From the NCBI RefSeq assembly GCF_009914755.1, contig NC_060940.1: a stretch of DNA of 64,000 nucleotides. The stretch is one strand, 5' to 3'. Positions 1-21,818 of this stretch are shown here, one piece after another (position 1 is the first letter of the stretch; each line of letters opens with the position of its first letter). This stretch comes from the human T2T-CHM13v2.0 reference genome, Homo sapiens. Under the pieces are notes generated by a model. The model made no database searches. It was not told the origin of the DNA and saw only the letters and a program-made list of their open reading frames with translations. Position numbers and translations under genes: made by a program.

Positions 1-281
<281 letters not shown>

Positions 282-450
282 TTAATTATGGAAGCCTGGA
301 GGCGGCCCGGCTCCCCTCTAAGACCCACTGAGTGTTCAGGTGACAACCCCTCAGGAGGTGGCAGGTGCCTGGCCTCAGACCAAGCGAGCAGCCTGAGTCC
401 TGGGGCTGAGACCCTGCAGACCACCAAGGGAGCCTGGGAAGCAGACTCAC

Positions 451-573
451 CGAGGCAGCCGCGCGCTGGTTATAAGGCCGGGTGCCCCTCAGGGATGTCA
501 GGTCAACTGCCGCAGAGCAGGCGATGAAGGCGGTGATGTAGAGAACGGTGGCGCTGATGTTAAAGATCATTAA
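451..573 (-). CDS. PLLP: Plasmolipin coding exon 3 (41 aa); final exon lies beyond the left edge
   Basis: [41 protein letters not shown]. Acceptor CTGCAG|TTA, donor TCG|GTGAGT; 123 nt, phase 0/0. Confidence 0.96.
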
Positions 574-628
574 CTGCAGGACATGGGGGTAGGGAGTGGG
601 GAGAGAAAAGGCTTAAGACACAAAGAGA

Positions 629-1037
<409 letters not shown>

Positions 1038-1680
1038 TCAAGAGGCCACAGTTTCCAGGGGGTCAGCCCATGAGGCCCTGGTCCCCAGGAGGCCTGCTGA
1101 GCAGGGAGCATGAACACACCTGAGGCTGGAGGAGGGGAATGACAGGAGGGCCTCAGTGATGGGGTAGTGGCAGTGCCAGACCCATTCCTCACAGAAAGAG
1201 CCCAATCCATGACCCATCTCTTTGTACCAGCTAAAGAAACACAGGCTACTCCTCCAAGTGTGGTCCAGGGCCAAGCCCAGGCCATCCCTGGTACCACTGC
1301 AAGGTTTGGCTCTGTGGCCAGTCCTGGGCTGGGCCTCACATCCCTCTCTGCCTTCAGGGGGAAGAATTTTTGTCTCCCTCTTGGCCACATCCTAAGCTCA
1401 AGGCTCTAAGCAAATGCCAGGGTCAGGACCAAGAGGACCAGATATTTCAAGCTGGATATGGAACCAGACTGGCAGGAAGGGGCCCTCTGCTGACAACCAG
1501 GGACCAGTCCCTCATCCCAAACGCTTGGCCCCAGGAGCCCATTCACCGTCTTCAAACGCCTGGTCCTCAAACATTCATTCAGTTCGTCCAATATACTTTT
1601 AAAAAATTACCAACATTATAAAATTAGATTTCATGAAAACCTGAAGACTTCATGTAAAAATTTTATATTAAAAAAATCTT

Positions 1681-2026
<346 letters not shown>

Positions 2027-2983
2027 CTAGGAACAGATGAAGTGAGTATAGAGGCAGCTTGCGATGGGCAGATGGATGCTGGCTTCTCCAGGGTCCCTCC
2101 TGACCCAATTTACTCACATATCTTGCCTGGATCCTGTAGGGGTCTGTAGCCCCCATGCCAGAAAATCCCAAATTGGCCATGCTAATCCAGCCTTCTCTAG
2201 ATGCAGTTAAGCCCTCTCTGCCCCATTCGTTGAGGGTCCAGAAGCACAAGAAGCAATGTCCTGCCACTGTGGCAGAAGGGAGCCTCCTTCCATTAACAGC
2301 CACGGCTGGAGCCCCAAATCTGCACCTAAGAGACACACAGGCTTTTATCTCTGGAGATTTCTCTCTTAGAGGTCCCTGGGACGTGAGGGAGGGGGTGGAC
2401 CCTGAGCCCGGAAGTCAAGGCACCGCCTCCTCGCCCCAAAATCTTCCCTGCAAGCCCAGCGACCCCTGCAAACACTGCCTGTTTCTGCCAGGGATGTCGA
2501 GATCTAACAAACCCATTCTGTCTTGAGGATGACTCACGTTTCCTCGGTTTAAAAAGTCATTGAATTCCAAACAATGCCGCCTAGTCCCAGCCTTGCTTGT
2601 CTTACAATCATGTGCCTTTCTCGCCTCTCTTCTCACTGAAAGCCTCAGACCCCAGCTGCAGGGGTTTTCCGGGTCAGAGGAAAAAAAAAACCAGCAGCTT
2701 TCTGTGTGTCTGGCCGGGGTACTTCCCATGTCCGCTCTCAGCCCTGTGTCCTGGGGAGACTGTCCTGGGGCAAACCTGGGGAGCCCAGCCTCTCCCAGGC
2801 CTCAGGGCCTCACCTGCAGGCAGCCAGGTGCCCGAGCTTGTCCTGCACACTTGAGGCCCTGGCCTGGGCAACTTCTGACAGCTTGCCACAGCCTCCAGCC
2901 ACAGGGCTGCCTACCTGGGCCAAGCTACAATCTCACAAACTCACACAACACAGGCACAAATTCTGACCACCCCCAGAGGGAAA

Positions 2984-3275
2984 TTTTTTTTTTGAGGTGG
3001 AGTCTTGCTCTGTCACCCAGGCTGGAGTATAATGGTGTGATCTCGGCTCACTGCAATCTCCGCCTCCTGGGTTCAAGCAATTCTCCTGTCTCAGCCTCCC
3101 AAGTAGCTGGGACTAGAGGCGCGCGCCACCACACCTGGCTAATTGTTGTATTTTTTGTAGAGACAGGGTTTCACCATATTGGTCAGGCTGGTCTCAAACT
3201 CCTGACCTCAGGTGATCTACTCACCTCAGCCTCCCAAAGTGCTGGGATTACAGGCGTGAGCCACCACACCCGGCC
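2984..3275 (-). mobile_element. AluS (antisense on +)
   Basis: T tail through ..CCCGGCC, with GGGAAA on both sides. Confidence 0.9.
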
Positions 3276-3407
3276 GGGAAAAATATTTTTAAGATTCCAA
3301 ATGGCCTCTTACAAATCCACTCAACAGCCCCTCACTTCTACTCCCCTCCTGGGACAAAGTCAAGCCTGTGTCCTTCCTGGCTCATGGTTCCCCAAAAAAC
3401 CGTGCAC

Positions 3408-3705
3408 CTAGGCATGGTGGCTCACTCCTGTACTCCCAGAATTTTGGGAGGCCAAAGTGAGAGAACTGCTTGAGCCCAGGAGTTCAAGACCAGCCTGGGA
3501 AATAAAGTGAGACTCCTCTTCTACAAAAAATAAAAATAAAAATTAGCAGGGCATGGTGGCACGTGCCTGTAGTCCTAGCTACTGGGGAGGCTGAGATGGG
3601 AGGATCACATGAGCCCAGGGGTTCAAGGCTGCAGTGAGCCATTATTGAGCCACTGCACTCCAGCCTGCACATAGTGAGACACTGTCTTGAAGGAAAAATA
3701 GAAAA
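3408..3705 (+). mobile_element. AluJ-type
   Basis: Diverged dimer. Confidence 0.85.
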
Positions 3706-3867
3706 ACTGGACCTCTGAACCATCAATCCTCACCTCCACCCCTGGCTCTGCAGATCAGCTTAGGTCAGTGAGGATGTCAGGCCACCCCCCCACACCCTGC
3801 CACTTCTTCTAGGGAAAGTCACAGTGGTCCTGTCATAGCCACTTCCAGTACCCCCACCCAGACTCAC

Positions 3868-4041
3868 CACCAGTGGCCAGGGAACCATGTACAACTTCAT
3901 GTGCAGCTGAAACAGGTAGAGGTTGAAGAGGACGATTGTCACCAGCCAGAGGAAGACAGCGACGAACATCACCCAGCCATAGGCCGGATACAGGTGGTAC
4001 GGGGTGTCCGCAATCAGCGCCCACACCAGCAGCCCCAGCAC
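3868..4041 (-). CDS. PLLP: Plasmolipin coding exon 2 (58 aa, hydrophobic MARVEL helices)
   Basis: VLGLLVWALIADTPYHLYPAYGWVMFVAVFLWLVTIVLFNLYLFQLHMKLYMVPWPLV, including the MAL-family GWVMFV motif. Acceptor CCTCCTAG|GTG, donor GTG|GTGAGT; 174 nt, phase 0/0. Confidence 0.97.
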
Positions 4042-4110
4042 CTAGGAGGGTCAGACAAGGCAGGATTGGCCAGAGATGCGGTTTCATTTCTTATCTAGCT
4101 AAGAAATACT

Positions 4111-4724
<614 letters not shown>

Positions 4725-6530
4725 GGAATGCTGACTTGGCTCGTGTGATACACCACTGTACCGGGGCCCTGCCCTGCACTCTCACTCCTCTTGCAGGTCT
4801 CAGCTGAGATGTCAGGTGCTCCAGGACACCCCCACGCCTCCAGCCGGCATCCCAGAGCCCTCATCAGTGCTCACAGGGCCCCCCAGGCATCCACCATCCA
4901 GGGCCATAATCGTTCCCTTCCCCAGACTGCGAGCTCCACGAGGGCACAGCCGTGGCTGTCTCACAGCTACGTCCCCACACCCAGCACAGGCCCTAGGCCC
5001 TGCCAGGGGCTCAGTAAAAGCTGCTGAAAGGAAGATCAAGTCACCACAGTCCCAGAGGCGGGAAGACAACAGCCCTGTGTCCTCCTTCCCAGCTGGGCCC
5101 AGCAGAGAACGTCACAAGGGCCTCTGGGTGACCTCCTGCCCAACACCCCACGTCTCCGGCTCTCCCAGATGCCCTTCTATACAGGTGTTGCCATCTCACA
5201 GGTGAAACTGGGCCTCCAGGAAGCCAAGGGGCCTACCTGTCAGGCTGTTCCCACACGGCAGGATGGGCCTGACCATCCCAGCAGAGCATGGGTAGTGGCT
5301 AACAGCATGAACTCTGGAGCCCAGCTGTCTGGCTTCGATCCCGGCTCTCCTTACCGGCTGTGTGGCCGTGGGCAAGTGTATAACCACCCTTGCTTATCAT
5401 ATAATGACCATTCCTATCTTGTAGAGCTACTGTGAGGACCCACAAGTTCATGCACATAAATGATTGCAGCAGAAGTGTTTTTTTATTATTCCACAAGCCC
5501 GAACTGGACTGCACAGGCCTCAGCCCTCACAGCCACAGAGAATTCTCTGCGGCAGGTTTGTCGACTCACTATGCAGACTGTCTCAGGGTGCAGGCCAGCA
5601 AAGGGCCAGCTGAGGCAGGGCCCAGGGAGCTCGTGGAGGCCCCCAGAGGCACCTCGGATGTGGCCATCCTGGGCCTCCCCAGCCCCTCCTACCCCCACCC
5701 ACCCCTTGCTGGTGGAGATGCTCTGGAGAGCGCCTTCTCCACGAGGGCACTCTCTGGAATCCCTGGCCACGGAGAGGACACGAGGGTCTAGCTTTGGAGA
5801 AAGGCTCCATTGCCAATCAAGACACACAGAGGTGTCCTCTTTTTCCCCTGGTCAGCGCCCAGGTACATGGCACCAAGGCTGCGTAGTGACCTTGCCACCA
5901 GCCCAAGGACAAGTCAGTGGGATCAGAGAAGCGGCTCCGGAGCAGGACCTGCCTCTGGCTGCTAGGGTTTGGAGACAGAAAGTCCTGGCTGCTCCCAGCA
6001 GCTGAGGGGCTGCCGCCAGCCCCTAGAGCACCTGAGGGCCTGGGCCTAGAGCACAGACAGAGCTGGGGTGCCTGCCAGGCACCCCATCCAAAAGCAACCT
6101 CGTCGAGGACCAGAAGGGAAGCTCCTGTGTGGATCCCTACAGAAGCCAGGGACAAGACTCGGGGGCCTGTAGCTGAGCTGGCCCAGGGAGCCCTCAGCCC
6201 TCACAACCCTCCTTCCTCGGCCTACTCCCCATCCCCCAGGGATCTGGCTTGGGAAGGGTATGGCCCAGTGGGGAAGTGGCAGGTGGGGCCTCGAGCTTGG
6301 AAGTCAAAAGCTGTGTGGCTGTGTGATGCTGACCGAGTACCTTCCCTGCTCTCCGAGGAAGATTCTGGGTTTTGTTCACTGCTGTATCTTCAGTGCCCAA
6401 CAGTGCCCGACACATAATATACGCTAAATACACAATGTGCTTAGGAACTAACAATCCTATTTCTTCAACCATGACAGAGACCAGAACCCTGCCCTGCACA
6501 GGCACCGTGTATTAAAAGAGGAAGCAGTGG

Positions 6531-6883
<353 letters not shown>

Positions 6884-7713
6884 AGAAGCAGGTGTCCATC
6901 TGTGAACTGCCCCTGGCCTTGCCTCCCCCCAACCCAAGTAAGGGGCTCAGCCCAAAGTGGGAGGCCCAGGGAAGGTGTCCCGCTCTCCAGGGCTCAGCAC
7001 CTGCTCCTCCCCACACTGGGGTGAAGCTCCAGGGATCCACCCCCCAACACACAGCACCCTGCCAGCCTCTGCTGCCCGTCAGCACTCTCACCGCCGCAAG
7101 CAGGCCAGGTGAGGGTAGGCAGGTGAGGAAGCCAGGGCGGAGCCACAGGGCCTTGCCCGCTGTCACACACCAAGCTGGGGGCAGAGCCCTTACGAGTGTG
7201 GACCCAGGGCAGGATGTCTCAGAACAACACCCTGCCAGAAACAGACACACCTGGAGAGGCCACGAACCCCCAGAGCTGGGGGGAGGCCAGTGTTCTGAAG
7301 GAGAACAAACACTTCGGGCAGCACGCCTCCGTCCCTTCTCCAGGTGAGAACTGGGTGCGTCCAAGATAAACAATTATTTTTTCATTTAAAGCCAATTCCT
7401 CATGGGCCTCCGCTGCCACTGTGTTGCCAGCTTCCAACTAACTAAAGGAAAGTCAGAAAATGCAATGAACCAAAAATCAAGAAAAGACCAATTCAGGTTT
7501 CCACTATCATATGCCTATCAATCACCTGTCCCATGACTCACAGCCTAGGTCACAATAACCACTCAATGCCTTCTCGCTCTGTGCCAGACACATCTCATTG
7601 ATTCCTCCATCACCAGACCCTCCTCAAATGTTCTATCTGTTATTCCCATCTTCCAAAGGGAATCTCAGGAGGCAATGTGCCTGAGGTCACTGTGGGTAAA
7701 GGACAGGGCAGGA

Positions 7714-8013
7714 GGCCGGGTGCAGTGGCTCACACCTGTAATCCCAGCACTTTGGGAGGCTGAGGCAGGTGGATCACTTGAGCTCAGGAGTTCGAAACCA
7801 GCCTGGACAATATGGAAAACCCCATCTCTACCAAAAATATAACATTTAGCTGGGCATAGTAGCATGTGCCTGTGGTCGCAGATACTTGGGAAGCTGAGGT
7901 GGAGGATCAATGGAGCCTGGGAAGTCAAGGCTGCAGTGAGTCATGATGGCGCCACTGCACTCCAGCCTAGGTGACAGAGACCCTGTCTCAAAAAATAAAT
8001 AAAAATTTTAAAA
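7714..8013 (+). mobile_element. Alu (J-like)
   Basis: Dimer consensus. Confidence 0.85.
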
Positions 8014-9169
8014 GGATAGGGAAGGACAGGAACCCAGATCCGTGCTTCCTTGGAACCTGCGCTACTATGAGTTATTTAGTGAAGTGTAAAAAATGAGGAC
8101 ACTTCAGCTGGCTCTAGGAGCCAGTCTGGGCTGGGCACCCAGGCTCCCCCCACTGCCCGCCGCCATCCCTGCCCCGCCCTGTGCTGTGCTCCAGCCCCAC
8201 CCCTGGTTTCCAGATCAGCGAACACAGCGTCCAGATGAAGCCGGTGGATAAGGACTGGGAATTTCTGGCGTTCTTTCTGGCTGTGCTGCCTGGCTCTGTG
8301 CCTGCGGAGCTGCCTCGGTTTCTGCCCTAGAACAAGGAAGGTTCGTTCCTGCATTTGAACCAGACAGACTGGTTTCTCCTGGTTCCTGAGCCCCCAGCCC
8401 AGTCCCCCAAGAGAGACCCTGCTCGGAACAGGGCACCCAACACAGGCCTCGCTGTGGGCATCTCTCTGGGTTAATATATTTAACAAATGTCTATGGAGAA
8501 GGGGCCAAGAAAGATCTCACTGGCAAGGTGATGATAAGCAAAGACCCAGGGAGGTGAGGGAGGGGCAGGGAGGGTGCCACGTGGGTATCTGAGAACAGAA
8601 CTCTATGCCTTCACCCCTGGGCCCTGCAGGTCTCTCTTGCTTACATGTTCGTCTGTCCCCGTGTTTCTCTGGAGGTGTCTACATGAATATCTAACTGTCT
8701 CTCTCCTACACACACAGGCAAACCACATCCTCCCCTCCTTCCCAGCTCTCTGAGGTCCCTGCCATGCCTCCCCAGACAGGTCCTGCAGATAAACAAAGGG
8801 AACTGTCTGGAAATCTCAAGGGCACAGGGCCTTTTTTTTTTTTTTTTTTTTTGCTTTTCTGAAAACCTGAATAATTTGGATTAGGAACTTTTTTTTACAT
8901 ATGAAGACTACAGTGTCAAAAACGACCTTTGCATCTTCAAAGAATTTCCAAACAATTGGGTAACGAAGAGATGTTTTTGTTAAAACCACCTGTGGCATCA
9001 GAGAGAAGATTCGTCACAAATGCCCAACCAAGAGGCACTCCTTGCTGCAGTGAAACCCTGTTATTACAGTTTCCCCAGAAGCTGCCAACACTGACAGCCA
9101 GACAGGCCAGGTTCCTGCAGGGTGCATGCCCTTCACTGACTCTGAGGGAAGTTTTTCCTCATCTCTTAT

Positions 9170-10229
<1,060 letters not shown>

Positions 10230-10375
10230 GGTTTTTCTCAGCTGCTCTCTGAATCTGTGGATGGGTGTCATGACCTTGTTCACCTGAGTGACACTGGCAT
10301 TGGTTCTGTTGGAGGGGTGGCCTATCGACTCCTTGAATTCACGCTCTGGCCCTGCCAACTTAACTAGCTGTGTGA

Positions 10376-10618
<243 letters not shown>

Positions 10619-11709
10619 TAGCTATTTTTAATTTTTGTAGAGGTGGGGTCTCCCCATGTTGCCCAGGCTAGTCTAGAACTCCTAGGCTTAACTGATCCTC
10701 CTGCCTGGGCCCTAGGGTAGTTTTGAGCAAGGAACTTAGACCAGCAACCAGCATAGGCTTAATATTCAACATGGCCAGGTGTCATGATCACCCTGAGGGG
10801 TTAAGAACATGGGTTTTCAAGTCAGGCCCTGGGCCTACTTTCCTGCATTCGCCACGGTGTGTGAGGCTCCTCAGGAGGGTGAGGCCTCACTGAGAGAATG
10901 ACAGTATCCACATTCAAGCACCAGGCACAGCCCAGGCAGAGATAAGGACCCACGTCAGTGCCAGCCCCACCCACCTGACAGATAAGGCGGTGGTGCTCCC
11001 ACAGGAGGCCCCAGAAATCCAGCCCAGCCCTCAGATCTCCCTTGGAGCTGCACTCCCTCAGCTCCTCATAGGCTGAGGGGCCTTGGGCAGACCCCTTCAC
11101 CCCCTGGCACAATGGAAGCAGGGAGGTTTGGCTTGCTGTTCTCTGAGATTTCCCGCAGAGGTCAACACTCCTGAACATGGGCCTCCTCCAGGGGCCCCAA
11201 AGGGAGGGGTTTGACCAACCCTATGGACTCTGAGCTGTCATGCAAAGATGGTCACCCCAACTCTTTTCACCCTCCTCACTTCCGGGGCAGCATCAGACCT
11301 TTGTGGGCTCACTGTGTGGCCTTGGGGGAGTCACCCAACCTTTCTGGTCTGTTTCCTCATCTGGCAAGTGAGGAAATTGGGGTACAGGGACCCTAGGGGG
11401 ACACCTGCTCACCTCACAGGTGTGTCATGGAGATGAAACCATGTGAAAGAAAACATTAAAAGCCATAGCAGTCGTGAGCAGTCGTGAAGGCTATGAGACA
11501 GTCCGGGGCTGGGGGAGGGAAATCCCAGAGAGGGACGCCACGAGGCAGGAAGGCAGCCGGGGCCTAGAGGACACCAGGGCTCAAGCTCAGCAGCTGCCAG
11601 GGCTGGCAGGTCACAGGAATGACTACAGTGGGCCGGGGAGTCTCTGGAGTGGCTGCTGGGAATGCAGGCCTGGGGTGACCAAAGTTTCTAATTTTTCAAG
11701 AGACACTAG

Positions 11710-12049
<340 letters not shown>

Positions 12050-12126
12050 TAAACATGGGTGACTGAACCAAAGGTTTTTAGAAACAACGTAACGGCCAAA
12101 GGGGCCAAGGCAGCAAATCCTTCCAT

Positions 12127-12392
12127 GGCCCCCGAGTCCAAACACAGTCCCCGAGTCTATCCACAACCCCCTTTTCCAGCCCCCAAGTCCTTTACTGGCC
12201 CCTGAGTCATTCCCCAGCCCCCGAGTCCATCCCCAGCCCCCGAGTCCATCTCCAGCCCCCGAGTCCTTCCCCAGCCCCTGAGTCCATCCACAGCCCCCAA
12301 GTCCTTCCACAGCCCCCGAGTCCTTCCCCTGCCCCCAAGTCCATCCATGGCCCCTGAGTGCTTCCCAGGTCCCCGAGTCCTTCCCCAGCTCC
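12127..12392. repeat. 19-bp minisatellite, about 14 diverged units, consensus AGCCCCCGAGTCCWTCCCC
   Basis: Units parsed by eye, e.g. AGCCCCCGAGTCCATCCCC / AGCCCCCGAGTCCATCTCC / AGCCCCCGAGTCCTTCCCC. Confidence 0.9.
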
Positions 12393-13235
12393 GGCCTCTC
12401 TATTCCCACTGCTCCATCCAGGAAAACCACGCCCAGCATGGCAAAGCAAACCCTTCCTGGGGTCCCCCTCACTGGGGACACATCTGGGCAAGCCAAGGAC
12501 ACTCAGAACTCAGCCTGGCCAGGCTCGGTCCCCACCCCCGCTCTGGCCCTTCTCCCTACAGTGAAAGGGACTTTATGGGGACAAAAAGCCACCCATTGTA
12601 TCACACGAGACAAAGGGGCAGGGGACAGAGGCTCCGGGCGCCTAAGCTGGCCACGACACAGCCACACACCACCCCCTGACTGTGTGAGAGGGAGGGCACC
12701 TTGGAATTCCCATGCCATGCATTCCAGCATTCGAGGATCCTGGAGTCATCCCCGCTCTCCAGGAAGGCGACAGCAGACTCGGAACCCAGCCCCAGATCCA
12801 CTAGACCTGGGCAGTACTGAATAGCCCTAAGCTCTCTTTTCTCGTCGGAAAAATGGGCATGTAAGTTGCCAAACGGAGTCATTCAGTCATTAAACAAACT
12901 GTGCCAGGCGCTATTCTATGCCCTGGGAACACAGTGGGGAGCTTGGCAGCGAGGGTCGCCACCCCAGGCCACAGCCACCCCACCCCCACCTCCCGCGTGG
13001 ACCCTGCTTCCTGGGGCTATGGCAGGAGGACGATGCTGGAGGTGGGGGCTCAGACCTGGTCCTCCTCCAAGGCGTTCATTGTATCGCTTGTTATTCCTGA
13101 GTCCTGGGTCTCAGAGCAGAGAGCATTTCAATGCCAAACGCAGAAGAAGTTGCAGCACACCTACCCCAGTGGCTGAGCTGAGCCGCCCCTGGACCCCCAG
13201 CAAGGTCCTGCAGCCCCCACGTGTACTTGCAGCCA

Positions 13236-13298
13236 AGGAGCCACTACCACCTCATCCTTGCTGTGAGGAGCCACTACCACCTTATCCTTGCTGTGAGG
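13236..13298. repeat. 30-bp tandem duplication
   Basis: AGGAGCCACTACCACCT(C/T)ATCCTTGCTGTG twice, one mismatch. Confidence 0.9.
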
Positions 13299-13330
13299 TC
13301 CCCGCTTAGGGCTTTAGAAAAGTCTTCCCA

Positions 13331-13640
<310 letters not shown>

Positions 13641-14637
13641 AAGTCTTCCCAACCTGAACTGAAACTACCCCTACTTAATCCCTCCCCGTTCCCATCCTGC
13701 CCTCTGGTCAGATCAAGCAGGTCCTCCCTCCACAGGCCGCCCCCAGGTGTGTGAAGGCGGGTAGGGGCCTCTTCAGTGACACTCCAAGGCCCTCTCTGGC
13801 TCTCAGAGCAGGTGGCAGCACTCGCAGGTGGGATCTCAGAAACTCAGAGCTCCCTGCCTGCCAGTCCCCTCCTCTGCTTCCTCCCTCCTTCCCAGGGTCT
13901 CCTAGGCCTACCCCACAAAGCCTACCCAAGCCTCCCCAGCACCCAGGCCCCTCCAACCACACAGAGCATTCCCAGGAAGGCCTTACCCTCCTTGTGAAGT
14001 CCCAGGTGGAGCCCTGCATTCATTCCCTCCAACTCCTGCCCCCGCAACTACCCTGCCAGGCCCCCGCCAGGGCTTTACCCCCAGGGCCTTCCTCCTTCTG
14101 GGCCCAACCCTCTCAAGGGAAACACTTGACCCATTCCACTGATGAGGAAAACCGAGGCTCTTGGAAGATCTGGACCTGAACCAAGGTCATGCCTGGTAAG
14201 GGTTGGGACCTGGATAGTTCTGTGGCCCAGGCTCCCCTTCCCCTGTCACCCAGGATGTGGGGACATTCCCCTGGAGACTACTTTATTTGAAGAGAGCATC
14301 ACTGCTCTTGAAGCCAGAGCTGAGAGGGGGCAGTGGCAGAACTCGAACCCAAGGCAGCTGGGATAACAAGAAGCTTATAGTCTCAGCACCCCAAGGCCAC
14401 CTCATCCTTCCATCGGCCCCTCCAGAGAAAGAACCAGCTGCTGTTGGAAGTATATAGAGCCTCATCAGTCCCGTGCACCCTGGCCTCGGCCTGCTGGAGG
14501 AATTGGGGTGCTAAAGTGAGTGTCTTCCTCTCTCCCTGGACTTCCGGCAACACTGGTTCTACACCCAATGCTGGCACTGATGTTCTGGGTGACCTTGAGC
14601 AAGACTTGTCTGTCTCAACTTCAAGGAGGGGCCCATT

Positions 14638-15299
<662 letters not shown>

Positions 15300-15958
15300 T
15301 CATCTGGTGTCTGACCCCAGCCCCAAATAAAAGCTAGAACATCCCAGAACAGGCCTGTGTCTGTTCCCTAGCAGCTCAGGATTTGGGCCCTGACTGACCT
15401 TTGACCTGTCTCCCTGCCTGCAACTCCCTGTGAGACCCTGGGGTACCACCCTGGCCTCTCCCCACTGGACAAACAGGAGAGACCAACCCAGCCCAACAGC
15501 AAAGGGCCTGGGCCTGGCTTTTGTCACAATCAGGGCTCAGCCCACTGGGCTGCCAAGAAAGACAGCACCCCCACCACCCAGGTTCCCAATTACCATGGAG
15601 ACCTGGGCAAACAACAGCCATGGGGATCTGTCAGATAATCTCTGAATGGGAAATCAGGGTCCTAGTCCTCACCGAATTCTGCCACAAACAACTCACTGGC
15701 TGATAAGGAGTGACCAATGCCTGTCCCTGCCAGGTCAACAGCAACAGCAACAGCCTGGGAGACTTTATCCCAGTACCCTGTTCTCCTTCCACTCATAGAT
15801 GGTTGGGAAAATCACCCAAGGTCCCTCAGCCATAACACTGAACTCAAGGCTATTGCTCCCTGCTGTGTGATCCTGGGGAAAGTGCCTTTCTCTCTCTGGG
15901 CCTGAGGACATTCAAGTGCCACCTTCATAGCTTTTGCCATATCCACGAACGTGTACTA

Positions 15959-17026
<1,068 letters not shown>

Positions 17027-17039
17027 CAAGAGTGGTTTC

Positions 17040-19270
<2,231 letters not shown>

Positions 19271-20015
19271 AAATTAGGGGCCGGGTGCGGTGGCTCACGC
19301 CTGTAATCCCAGCACTCTGGGAGGCCGAGGCGGGCGGATCACCTGAGGTCAGGAGTTTGAGACCAGCCTGATCAACATGGTGAAACCCTGTCTCCACTAA
19401 AAATACAAAAATTAGTCAGGCCATGGTGGTGCGTGCCTGTAATCCCAGCTACTTAAGAGGCTGAGGCAGGAGAATCACTTGAACTTGGGAGGCAGAGGTT
19501 GCAGTGAGCTGAGGTCACGTCACTGCACTCCAGCCTGGGTGACAGAGCAAGACTCTGCCTCAAACAAACAAAATAAAAATAAAGAAAAAGAAATTAGGTA
19601 ATAAAGGTATGAAAAAGATGGACACAGCTTGCTGTGCACTGATACAGAATATCCCTAGGTGTATTGCCCTGGGGAAAAGCATGGCTTGGCACATGCCCAG
19701 ACAGCACCTATCTGTGGTTAAGTGAGGATGTGGGTTTTATGTAGAAATATGCATCCACTCACCCTGGAATGAGACACAAGGCATGTGGTTGCCTGGGGTG
19801 AGGGCAGCTGTGGGGCGTGGTCAGTCAGGGATGAGAGAGATTACATTTTCTTGATTACCCTTTCTACTATTTGAGTGCTTTGTATTATGTCTCTGTAATT
19901 TTTTTTTCAAAGAATAAAACAATTCCATCAGTAGAGAAACAGCTAAATGAGCAGAGGCTGCCGGGACACTACGGGTTACTCCACAACAGTTTACAAGGAA
20001 GGAAGACAAGTCTCA

Positions 20016-20366
<351 letters not shown>

Positions 20367-21297
20367 CTATCAATGTTTTCAAAAGTGCACAGGAAAAAAG
20401 ACTAGAAACACCCCAAATAGTTGTCCCCTTAGGGACAGAGGTGGGTAATCCAACTACAGCTTTAGTGTAATCTGTACAGGTTTTTTTATTTTGTGAGGAG
20501 AATGTATTCATATATTCATAATGTAATTACACATTAATTCCCAAACACTCAATACTCCCCCCCTTGCAGTAAGTGGGGAGTGTGGGGGGAACTAACAATA
20601 CAAGGCATTTATTGCTCTGTGCAGTGGAGCTGGGTTGGATGAAGATATTGGGCATGCGGGGCCTGGAATGCTGTACTAAAAAGACTGAACCACCCACAAA
20701 TCTCAGTGCTAAGGGAAGCCCCGGGAGTCTCAGACATTGCAATCCGAGTGTGACCAAGCCCTGCTCACACCTCACTCGGACTCCAACAATCTCATCTAGG
20801 TAGCCCCTTCCTGGAGACCAGAGTTGGCTTTCAGTCCCTGCCCTGCCCTTCATCTGCAGAGGAGCTGGTCTGCCTCCTGGGGCCGGAGACAGAGCCGGTA
20901 TCACCATAAGGAAGAACTTTCCAACACTCCCAAGTGCCCAAGGATGGAGCAGGCAGCCTTAAGAAGAACTGAGCTCCCTGTCTCTGGAAGCATGCAAGTT
21001 CATGTTGGAGATGCTGCAAAGGCACCTCTTATGCTTGCATAAGAACCCTCGGATCCTATAACCCTGTGAATCCAAACTGTCCTTCATTCCCACATATAGT
21101 GCTAGGCTAGCTCTTTGCAGGCATGATCTAGATCCTGCCATCACCATCTGACAGACAAGGAAGTGAGGCTCAGGGAAATTTGGGAACTCCCCCAGGATCA
21201 TGCAGCCAGAAAGGGACAGAGCCAGGATTTGAACCCAAGGCTCTCAGCGTCCAGGCCTGTGTTCCCATCAGCACTCTCCATGCCACCCCATGGATCA

Positions 21298-21495
<198 letters not shown>

Positions 21496-21626
21496 TTAGC
21501 CAGGCATTGTGGCATGTACCTGTCGTCCCAGATACTCAGGAGGCCTGAAGTGGGAGGATCGTCTGAGCCTGGGAGGTTGAGGTTGCAGTGAGCTGTGATC
21601 ACACTACTATAGTCCAGCCTGGGTGA

Positions 21627-21818
<192 letters not shown>

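Noticed and set aside
2560-3411. Longest ORF in the track (283 aa, + strand)
   Set aside because: Non-ATG start, about a third is antisense Alu translation, no recognisable domain, and it lies antisense within PLLP intron 2.
11467-11486. 10-bp tandem duplication AGCAGTCGTG (and a similar one near 53901-53925)
   Set aside because: Ordinary slippage with no supporting context.
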